From positions 1 to 64,000 of the IMG/VR virus record IMGVR_UViG_3300008952_000015: a DNA stretch of 64,000 bases. The stretch is one strand, 5' to 3'. Shown here one piece after another: positions 18,455 to 26,035 of the stretch (positions within the stretch are counted from its first letter, which is position 1; every line of letters begins with the position of its first letter). The position numbers and the translations under genes are program-made. Source of the stretch: a virus. The notes below the pieces were generated by a model that saw only the letters and a list, made by a program, of their open reading frames with translations, ran no database searches and was not told the origin of the DNA.

Positions 18455-18925
18455 TTATTTTAATAATTCTGGAAAAAGGCTCTTTATGGCAGCAGCCTTT
18501 GCTTCCGGCTGTTTGCCTATGACCTTCTTCACAAAGCTTCCATCGGACTCTATAACATCTAACAATGCTGACTTAAACGTAAAAATATCATCTTTAGAAA
18601 AACCATATTCATCTGAGGAGAAACTACATATAGGAACCTTTTTATAAGATAGGGTCACATTATCACTATCATAGTTACCAGTAACAACCCACGACCCCTC
18701 TTCTTTTGAGGTATATTCCGGGCTAGAGCTTCTAACGAGAAAGCGCTCTCCCTCAACATCTTCGACTTTCCACAGGTCGTTATATTGATCCTTTAACACA
18801 CGATACATATCGAATGCTACTTTTTTAATCTGTAAATCATCAGTCAGTTTAATGCGGTTTTTCGAGGAAATACTGGCAGTCCGCTTTTTGTGTAGCTCTA
18901 TTAAAATACTATCTAATTCCGACAT
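18455..18925 (-). CDS. Hypothetical head-cluster protein (start revised to MSELDS...)
   Basis: AGGAG RBS precedes the ATG at 18925; IKKVAF motif; TATTAATA at 18955-18962 upstream. Confidence 0.7.
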   Translation of the reverse strand: MSELDSILIELHKKRTASISSKNRIKLTDDLQIKKVAFDMYRVLKDQYNDLWKVEDVEGERFLVRSSSPEYTSKEEGSWVVTGNYDSDNVTLSYKKVPICSFSSDEYGFSKDDIFTFKSALLDVIESDGSFVKKVIGKQPEAKAAAIKSLFPELLK

Positions 18926-18954
18926 GCATATGCTCCTTGTGTAATTTTCATCTT

Positions 18955-18962
18955 TATTAATA
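18955..18962 (-). promoter_or_regulatory. Candidate late promoter TATTAATA (second copy TATTAATT at 19000-19007)
   Basis: Located at the boundary between the replication genes and the head cluster. Confidence 0.45.
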
Positions 18963-19009
18963 GAAAAGAATGTCTCCACCTATCTTAAGATACTTCTTTA
19001 ATTAATAGA

Positions 19010-19450
19010 CTACTCTTCCTCACCTTTATTGATCTTTGCAATTTCAGCCAGAATCTCATTTACTCTTTCATGATTTTTACAAATCTTTTTTATTTTTTTT
19101 ATTATTCCGCCGTATCTTTTCTTTTGATTTTTATAGTCAATATTCCCATGCATAGCCTTGTGTACAGCCGATTGAGTTATCCCTAAATGTTCAGCAATAT
19201 CATTTTGAGTCTTGCCCATTAATCTCATAAAGAGAATCTTTTTTTGATGCTCTGTTAGATATTCTCCATTGACAATATCATATATTTCATCTAAAAGCTC
19301 TTCTTTGAGATCGGTGATTCTTTCATCACAAGAGTTGGCCATTAGGACCTGCCCCATGCCGCGCTCTGTTGAAAAATTATTTAGCTTAAGAGATTCAAAG
19401 GATATTTCAACTATCTTATATTGATACGATTTACTTTTTCTTTTTGCCAC
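19010..19450 (-). CDS. Stand-alone sigma70 region 4-like HTH DNA-binding protein
   Basis: LTEHQKKILFMRLMGKTQNDIAEHLGITQSAVHKAM; GTG start at 19450 with AGGA RBS. Confidence 0.7.
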   Translation of the reverse strand: MAKRKSKSYQYKIVEISFESLKLNNFSTERGMGQVLMANSCDERITDLKEELLDEIYDIVNGEYLTEHQKKILFMRLMGKTQNDIAEHLGITQSAVHKAMHGNIDYKNQKKRYGGIIKKIKKICKNHERVNEILAEIAKINKGEEE

Positions 19451-19455
19451 GATTC

Positions 19456-20211
19456 CTACCACATATCTGGAATTATCTGCTTAAAGTCTCTAAAGAAATC
19501 AGCCTTATTGTGACTTCGAAAATACTCGTCTACATCTTTATTTCCATCGGGTACTCTTAAAAACCTTAGCTTTATACCTTTGTTTATATACTTAGAATAT
19601 ATTCTTTCTGCTGACTTTTGGCCAGCATCATCTGAGTCAAGAATAAATGTTATCTTATCTGTATATCTTGCTAATTTAATAAAATGATTTTGAGAAAAAG
19701 ACGTACCGCATATAGCTACAGAATTCTCTAATTCATTTTGACACATAGCTATCTGGTCAAAATAGCCTTCTACGACATAGACGTTTGAATTTCTTAAACA
19801 CGACTCCTTTGCTTTATCCAGTCCATATAAAATATTTCCCTTCTTATAAGAAGAGTTTTTATATTTAGGGATTCCAAGAGCCGCCCTCTCAGAGTCTCCA
19901 ATGAGCGTCCTGCCGCTAACGCCAACTGGGTCGCCATACTCAGAAAATATTGGAAATATCAAATAAAAATAATTTGAAAAGTCACTATCTTTAGAATAAT
20001 TTAATATATTTAACTTATTTAAAATATCTTCAGATACATACTTCGTAAGAACATCTATATTTTGAGGGAAGAACCCAATCTTGTTATCAATAATGGAACT
20101 CTTTGAAAGCTTTCTTTCTTTTATCAAATACTTCAGACAGCCTTTTGAGTTCCTTATATTTGAGTGACATATATTTATTAAAGCACTAAGTTGCTCACGC
20201 TGATTCATCAT
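19456..20211 (-). CDS. dnaG: DnaG-type primase catalytic core (RNAP/TOPRIM), lacking the Zn-binding domain
   Basis: YL..R.L, LIFPI, GVSGR, PKYKNS, LYGL, VVEGYFD, DSDDAG, KDVDE. Confidence 0.9.
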   Translation of the reverse strand: MMNQREQLSALINICHSNIRNSKGCLKYLIKERKLSKSSIIDNKIGFFPQNIDVLTKYVSEDILNKLNILNYSKDSDFSNYFYLIFPIFSEYGDPVGVSGRTLIGDSERAALGIPKYKNSSYKKGNILYGLDKAKESCLRNSNVYVVEGYFDQIAMCQNELENSVAICGTSFSQNHFIKLARYTDKITFILDSDDAGQKSAERIYSKYINKGIKLRFLRVPDGNKDVDEYFRSHNKADFFRDFKQIIPDMW

Positions 20212-20557
20212 GCTCCTCTACCTCAGATAAATATTTTTCGGTTTCTTCCATGGCCTTTATCATATGCTTTGTTATATTTATCTTACACGACAATCCATCT
20301 TGCGGACAGGTTTTCCCTATAAGCTTTGACTCTACAAAGGCCGTCTCCACATGCTCATCATGAGCCTCACAGTAAAACACAAAAGCTTTCTTTTTTATTG
20401 ATCTTAAAATATCACCATTTGTTTTCATTGACAACTTTGAATATTTCGAAACATCGGTCAAAACACTGCCACAGTCTCCACATATAACTTCATCTGTATC
20501 AATATTCAGTGAGGCATCAACGGTCGTTTGGCATTTTACATTACACTGTACTAACAT
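20195..20557 (-). CDS. Cys/His-rich zinc-ribbon protein
   Basis: CNVKC...CGDCG...CEAH...C...C. Confidence 0.65.
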   Translation of the reverse strand: MLVQCNVKCQTTVDASLNIDTDEVICGDCGSVLTDVSKYSKLSMKTNGDILRSIKKKAFVFYCEAHDEHVETAFVESKLIGKTCPQDGLSCKINITKHMIKAMEETEKYLSEVEEHDESA

Positions 20558-20560
20558 TCC

Positions 20561-21709
20561 TTACTCCATTCCCTCTATCAGAGAGTTTGTTTCCTCTTCT
20601 GCTGAATCTTCATCATCGCCAGGTCGAACACCGGAAAGATACATGTTTCTTATCTTTAGATCATACTCCGCTAAGGCTGTTTTGTCTTTAGAAAAACAAA
20701 CCAGCGCTGCATCTCTTCCCCGTATCTTCTCTCCATAAACCATATAGCTTTGATTGTTTGGCCTCTCAATTAGACCATACTTTACTGACAAGTCAAAAAG
20801 TTCCTCACTTTGCTCTACAACGCCCTTTTCGTACTCGACCTTATACTCGGCCTGTCTGAATGGCGCTCCTACTTTATTTTTTTGAATTTTTGCGCGAACT
20901 GTGTGTCCAATCTTTTCTCCACTGCTATTCTTAATAACAGAATCTGCAGAAAGTATTGGAGCCATATTAAGCATGAGGCTGCACGCGTGCTTGAGCGCCT
21001 TGCCACCCGGGGATGTGGTTGGATCACCAAACATCTGTCCCAAATTTACCCTTACCTGATTTATGCCTATGAAGGCAACATTAGCCTGAGCTACAACCGG
21101 AGTTAGCTTCTTTAGCTCTGTTGACAAAAACCTTGGAATAGGAGCCATATTAGCCTTGCCAATGTCTGCCCCCATTTCTAACGGAGTGTTTAGTACAGCA
21201 ATTGAATCAAGAACTATTATTCCTAAGTTTTTAAACCTAGGGTCAGTCCCCTCTATTACGTGATCTAAAATGCCTCGCATACTTTTTGTAACTTTTTTAG
21301 TAACAGAATTTACCTTAACCTTGCCTATCAAGCCTTCGAATATTGCCTTGGCCTCATTGGTCTTTATAACCATAACTCTCTCTGTATCAACGCCTTGCTT
21401 GGCAGCCCAAGCCGGGTCATATGTGTACTCTGCATCAATAAATAAAGCCGTATTATCTGGGTTTTTATCCAGATACTGTTTGATACAGGAAAGAGCAAGC
21501 ATTGTCTTTCCAGAGCTTTCCTTCCCCGCTAACTGGGTTATTCTGCCCATAGGTATGCCGCCAATTCCAATTGACTCATCTAAAGACGGACTTCCAGTAC
21601 TTATTGCGTCATACTTTGTGGATATATTTCCATCAAAAAATATTGTGTCCTCTCCAAAAAACTTGGATATCTCTTTCTCTGCATCACTAGCTGTTATTTT
21701 CTTGGCCAT
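20561..21709 (-). CDS. recA: RecA/UvsX recombinase
   Basis: ISTGSPSLD, GGIPMGRI, GKESSGKT, FIDAE, LDSIA, INQVR, SPGGKALKH, KNKVG. Confidence 0.95.
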   Translation of the reverse strand: MAKKITASDAEKEISKFFGEDTIFFDGNISTKYDAISTGSPSLDESIGIGGIPMGRITQLAGKESSGKTMLALSCIKQYLDKNPDNTALFIDAEYTYDPAWAAKQGVDTERVMVIKTNEAKAIFEGLIGKVKVNSVTKKVTKSMRGILDHVIEGTDPRFKNLGIIVLDSIAVLNTPLEMGADIGKANMAPIPRFLSTELKKLTPVVAQANVAFIGINQVRVNLGQMFGDPTTSPGGKALKHACSLMLNMAPILSADSVIKNSSGEKIGHTVRAKIQKNKVGAPFRQAEYKVEYEKGVVEQSEELFDLSVKYGLIERPNNQSYMVYGEKIRGRDAALVCFSKDKTALAEYDLKIRNMYLSGVRPGDDEDSAEEETNSLIEGME

Positions 21710-21718
21710 TTGTTTCTC

Positions 21719-23377
21719 CTAATGCTTATGCCTTAAAACGCCCTCTTCTGGTGGTCTCCATCCAGGCGGGGGCTGCCAGCTAGATGGATCATCAGGTTGC
21801 TCAGATACTATTGCTTCAGTATTTATTAATAACAATGATATACTTGCCGCATTTTGCAGAGCAACTCTTGTCACTTTCTTTGGGTCTACTACACCGCTCT
21901 CTATAAGCTTTTCAAATGCAGAGGTCGCTGCATTATACCCAAACTCAGGATCATCATTCTCAAGTATAGTGTTAATTATAGGTTCGGGGTCCTCATGACC
22001 GTTCTCAATTATCTGACTAATAGGCCTTCGACAGGCCTGCAAAAGAACATTAGCCGCAGGCCGAAGCCCCTCTTCCAGCTCATCTAAGGACACCATATTT
22101 GATGCTCGCAAGATAGCCGCACCACCGCCGGGCAAAATCCCCTCTTCTATAGCGGCTCTAGTGGCGCAAACTGCATCATCAACTCGGTCTCCTTTTTCTC
22201 TAAGCTCAAGCTCAGTTGAGTAACCCACAGTTATCATCGCAGCTTTGCTCTTAAGGAAAGCCATTCTTCTTCTTACATCCAAAAGAGCTCTTTCTCCAAG
22301 CAGCTTTTTAGAGTCTCTCTCATAAAGCGCCATCTTGTCTGCAACCTTTTCTTCGTTCTTCTCTCCCTCTAAAATCTTCGTTAGAAATCTATTTACAGAA
22401 ACCCTCTCTGCATATCCAAGATCTTCGAAAGTCATTTGAGATAAAGGTATTCCTCTGTCTTTGCCTACAACATTCGCACCACATAATGCAGCCAAGCAGT
22501 CCATCCACTCCTTCTCTCCCTCAACTCCACCAACCCCCATTACAGGCATCTTTACTGCCACGCAATTTAATCTGCCTATCTTATTATTGGCCACCAAGGT
22601 CGCTAAGGCCTCTTTCTTTACATCTTTGGCTATAATGAGCAGTTGAGTATTTTCATCCGAAACCTTGTTCAAAAGTCCCAAGCAGGGTGTTATAGAGGAT
22701 AACTCATCCTCGCACAAGAGAATCCTAGCTTTTATCAGACTTATGTCAGACTGACCTTGGTTCACTAAAAATGACTGAGAAATGTATCCAGACTCTATTT
22801 CGATGCCATCTATAAACCTAACTGATGTATCAGCCCCTGGAGCAGCTTCTGCGGCAACAGTCCCCTCTAAACCAACAGAATGAAAGGCGTCAGCGATCTT
22901 GGATCCAAGATCGGCATCATTATTTGCAGATATTGTCGCTATATCCCTTAAGGTCTCATAGCCATTAACTGGCTTAGTTAGCTCATCAAGATTTGCCAAA
23001 ACAGCCTTAGTTGCCCATTCAAGGCCTCTTCTAAAGAGAAGGGGGCTGTATCCGCTGCTTACAAGTTCGTTCCCTAATTTAAATATTTCGTGTGCTAATA
23101 CCGTAGCGGTGGTTGTTCCGTCTCCAGCTACCGCAGCAGTCCTTCCTGCTGCCTCCTTTATAAGCTGACAGGCAAGCTCCTCAACGGGATCTTCCAAGGA
23201 TACCTCCCTGGCTACCGAGACGCCGTCCTTCGTCAATACCGGAGCACCAACGAACTTGCCCAGGATCACATTTTTCCCCTGAGGGCCCATCGTAACCCCA
23301 ACAGTTTTTGCTAACTTCTCCGCACCTGAGAGAAGAAGCTCTCTTCCTTCCTTTGAATATGTTAACTTTTTAGCCAC
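21719..23377 (-). CDS. groEL: GroEL-like chaperonin
   Basis: TMGPQGKNV, TKDGVSVA, AGDGTTTATVLA, RVDDAVCATRAAIEEGILPGGG, GVVDPKKVTR. Confidence 0.95.
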   Translation of the reverse strand: MAKKLTYSKEGRELLLSGAEKLAKTVGVTMGPQGKNVILGKFVGAPVLTKDGVSVAREVSLEDPVEELACQLIKEAAGRTAAVAGDGTTTATVLAHEIFKLGNELVSSGYSPLLFRRGLEWATKAVLANLDELTKPVNGYETLRDIATISANNDADLGSKIADAFHSVGLEGTVAAEAAPGADTSVRFIDGIEIESGYISQSFLVNQGQSDISLIKARILLCEDELSSITPCLGLLNKVSDENTQLLIIAKDVKKEALATLVANNKIGRLNCVAVKMPVMGVGGVEGEKEWMDCLAALCGANVVGKDRGIPLSQMTFEDLGYAERVSVNRFLTKILEGEKNEEKVADKMALYERDSKKLLGERALLDVRRRMAFLKSKAAMITVGYSTELELREKGDRVDDAVCATRAAIEEGILPGGGAAILRASNMVSLDELEEGLRPAANVLLQACRRPISQIIENGHEDPEPIINTILENDDPEFGYNAATSAFEKLIESGVVDPKKVTRVALQNAASISLLLINTEAIVSEQPDDPSSWQPPPGWRPPEEGVLRHKH

Positions 23378-23378
23378 A

Positions 23379-23921
23379 TTACTCTCCTAAGATTTCCTTT
23401 ACATAATATGTTGTCGCCGCAGCTATTGCGTCCGCCTCGTCGAAACATTCTTTTGATATATTATCATTTCTATTCTTTCTCACTGTAAAAGCTGAGAAGT
23501 AATCACATATAAATTCAAAACACTCTTCCTTTGAGGAAATTTTTTTACCCGCAAGTCTCGAAAGTTTTGACCTGATTGTTGTGACGGGATATCTCACAGG
23601 ATCCTTATCTAGGGATCTAAGCGCAGCCATTGACACAACTTCATTAAAAACTGATAAAACAATTATAGTCCTTGCAGTACTTCTTCCTGCAGGGAATTTA
23701 TTCGCATAAGACTCTACGACAACTATTTCTGGACTCTTTTCAGCGATTAATTCTAAAACTTCATCAAAAGCTTTACTTGCCCTAAAGGTAAGGCTTCCAG
23801 CCTTGCTCTTAGGCGGAGATATATGACCATATTCAGAAAGCGACACCTCTCCATCCGCCATACTTAATATGGCCCAACCGATAGTCGCAGAAGATATGTC
23901 TAATCCTAAAACTTTAATCAT
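23379..23921 (-). CDS. ruvC: RuvC-like Holliday junction resolvase (start revised to MIKVLGLD)
   Basis: VLGLDIS, IGWA, VVVE and DEADAIA acidic motifs. Confidence 0.85.
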   Translation of the reverse strand: MIKVLGLDISSATIGWAILSMADGEVSLSEYGHISPPKSKAGSLTFRASKAFDEVLELIAEKSPEIVVVESYANKFPAGRSTARTIIVLSVFNEVVSMAALRSLDKDPVRYPVTTIRSKLSRLAGKKISSKEECFEFICDYFSAFTVRKNRNDNISKECFDEADAIAAATTYYVKEILGE

Positions 23922-23926
23922 AATAT

Positions 23927-23962
23927 AAAAAGGGCGCATAAAGATTTTACTCTATGCGCCCT
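23927..23962 (-). terminator. Intrinsic terminator after ssb
   Basis: Perfect 10-bp stem AGGGCGCATA/TATGCGCCCT followed by TTTT on the minus strand. Confidence 0.8.
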
Positions 23963-23980
23963 AAATATATTGATTAGATT

Positions 23981-24592
23981 TTATTCAAAATCGAAGTCAA
24001 AATCCTCGTCTGAAGCCACTTCAGTAGCAGCCGCAGGCTCTGAGACTGACCATCCCATAACCTCACAAACTTCAGAAGCAGTTGCAGGAGTAATCACCTT
24101 CTCAACGTCGACTCTATCGTTAAACTCTACGAACTTCGTCTTAAAGTCTCCAGATAAAGCCTCCTTGGGATTAGGGGTGACTCCGTACAAAGGCTGAGTT
24201 CCCTTCGGACCTTTGTTGATCGAAAGGTCGTACTGAGTAACCTTTCCCCATCTAGAATTATTGTAAAGCGACTTAATTCCATTGTAAATCTGAGGACCAA
24301 CCTCTAATACGCGAAACTCATCGTCTGTTCTATCCAGAACCTTTACTAACCATCTAGCTTGGCGCTTGAACCCAGCGTCCTCTAATCTGCGAATTAGCTC
24401 AGGACTATCAACGGGGCTGTTAACCTTCCGACGAGAGCCGTCTGGGGTAACTACCCAATGAATATAAAACTGAACGGGGTTGCCCATAACTCTAACGAGA
24501 TTCTCCCCCTCTTCCAATCGCATAAAATTAGACTTCGTTGTTCCTGAATCTGCAGAATTCCAATCTACCTCACCAAATACCATATTTGACAT
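23981..24592 (-). CDS. ssb: Single-stranded DNA-binding protein (gp32-like)
   Basis: FMRLEEGENLVRVM, YIHWV, VLEVGPQIY, YDLSINK..KG...YGVTP and acidic aromatic tail DEDFDFDFE. Confidence 0.75.
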   Translation of the reverse strand: MSNMVFGEVDWNSADSGTTKSNFMRLEEGENLVRVMGNPVQFYIHWVVTPDGSRRKVNSPVDSPELIRRLEDAGFKRQARWLVKVLDRTDDEFRVLEVGPQIYNGIKSLYNNSRWGKVTQYDLSINKGPKGTQPLYGVTPNPKEALSGDFKTKFVEFNDRVDVEKVITPATASEVCEVMGWSVSEPAAATEVASDEDFDFDFE

Positions 24593-24608
24593 TACTTTTC
24601 TCCTTTGT

Positions 24609-24662
24609 GTGACCTTGTCACGTTGTGTGGACTATTTTTCGCTGCATTGCGATATTTACCAC
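24609..24662 (-). promoter_or_regulatory. Structured 5' leader of ssb (two hairpins)
   Basis: GTGG..TCGC-AATGCA-GCGA..CCAC and GTGAC-AAG-GTCAC just upstream of the AGGAG RBS. Confidence 0.45.
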
Positions 24663-24679
24663 GTATTGTTAAAAAAACA

Positions 24680-25240
24680 TCAACCCCACTCAATATCATC
24701 TCCACCAATGTCCAGATCATCTTGGTCTGACACTGCTGACGACGGAAAGGGCTCGGGGTTAGTCTGCCCTATATTATACCCAACTCCACTAGCACTTTCA
24801 ATGGAATAATCTCTCCGCAGAAAGGTTTTTAGTGCATAATGCCAAGCCAAAAAATAGCTAGCTTTGTTTTCGAGCCACTTCTTACAAGCTTTAGCTAAAA
24901 CAAGATCATTACAAGCCTCTATATAATTATCATCAGCTTGAGCAAACCACTCCTTGTCCTTCACAGTCTTATAGCCAGCCTCTTTAGACTTAGTTAAAGC
25001 TGCTTGAGACCAGGCTTTATTCTTTGAAGAGTCAAGCTGTCCAATCCAGCGATCAACCTGAACAATCTTCTCTTGGCACAAGTTCTGCCCCTCTAAGGTA
25101 TAGAGGAGGCCTTTTTCCGCAATATTGGGGTCAACAACCCCGTTTTTAGGCAGGTGGTTAATAACCTCTTCTATACCAGAAATATCAATATTTTCAATTG
25201 AAAAATTTGAGATAGAAACCTTGTCGTATAAATTGCTCAT
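24680..25240 (-). CDS. UvsY-like recombination mediator (putative)
   Basis: Helical protein with KTVKDKEWFAQADDNY pattern, located next to ssb and near recA. Confidence 0.45.
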   Translation of the reverse strand: MSNLYDKVSISNFSIENIDISGIEEVINHLPKNGVVDPNIAEKGLLYTLEGQNLCQEKIVQVDRWIGQLDSSKNKAWSQAALTKSKEAGYKTVKDKEWFAQADDNYIEACNDLVLAKACKKWLENKASYFLAWHYALKTFLRRDYSIESASGVGYNIGQTNPEPFPSSAVSDQDDLDIGGDDIEWG

Positions 25241-25590
25241 TATGCCTTTTCTCCTAAAATTGCTTGCAGCTGTTTCTCAACCCGCTCAAGCCTCTCCTGT
25301 ATATTATCCCCAGAACAACTTTCGACAACTTTTTCTTCATTTTTTTCGATTAAAGATCCGAGGGCCCTCAGCCGCTGGTTCATCATTACATTTAGAATGA
25401 AGAAGATAACTCCAAGAGATATCTGCCTATCTATTGGGGGTGTTATGCTTGTTATCTGACCATTTTTATCTGTTGTGAATAACCCCACAAAGTCCTGGTT
25501 GCCAAAGTTTTCAATTAAGCTTAAATAATACTTATATTCCTCTGCGTTTAAATCAAGCCTTTTGTTATCAACAGCTCTAATCACTTCCAA
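25240..25590 (-). CDS. Hypothetical protein
   Basis: Overlapping operon ORF; likely GTG start at 25584. Confidence 0.65.
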   Translation of the reverse strand: MEVIRAVDNKRLDLNAEEYKYYLSLIENFGNQDFVGLFTTDKNGQITSITPPIDRQISLGVIFFILNVMMNQRLRALGSLIEKNEEKVVESCSGDNIQERLERVEKQLQAILGEKA

Positions 25591-26035
25591 GCCTCCGTAC
25601 TGAAGCTCCAGGGCGCTTTATGGCCCCATCTTTGGCCAACCTCTTTAGTCTAGCTATCTTTAAGTCTTCGTCTAAGTCTTCTCCTAAGTCTTCAGGCCTG
25701 CTCAACACCTCTTCTCTTATTTCATTTCTAATTTTCTCATAATCATCCTCAACAACCTCTGCCGTGTCGCCTGTATTCGTATCTTCAGAATCATCATCTT
25801 TTTCAGGCTTTATTGGTGAAAACTCAAGAAGCATAAAGAGAGTTATGTCAAACACAAGATCATCAGATAAGTTCTGAGCAAACTCCTGTTGTAGCAACCT
25901 CTGCTTAAACATACGCATTCTCTGTGTATGAGTTTCTCCAAGAACTGCAGCACCACATGCTGGACAACAATTGTTTATAAGTGCATGGCGCATCGAATTT
26001 TTTATTAAAAAATCACATTGTCTACAATTAATCAT
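25577..26035 (-). CDS. Zn-ribbon hypothetical protein
   Basis: CRQC...CCPACG at the N-terminus; overlaps the dnaE stop. Confidence 0.65.
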   Translation of the reverse strand: MINCRQCDFLIKNSMRHALINNCCPACGAAVLGETHTQRMRMFKQRLLQQEFAQNLSDDLVFDITLFMLLEFSPIKPEKDDDSEDTNTGDTAEVVEDDYEKIRNEIREEVLSRPEDLGEDLDEDLKIARLKRLAKDGAIKRPGASVRRLGSD

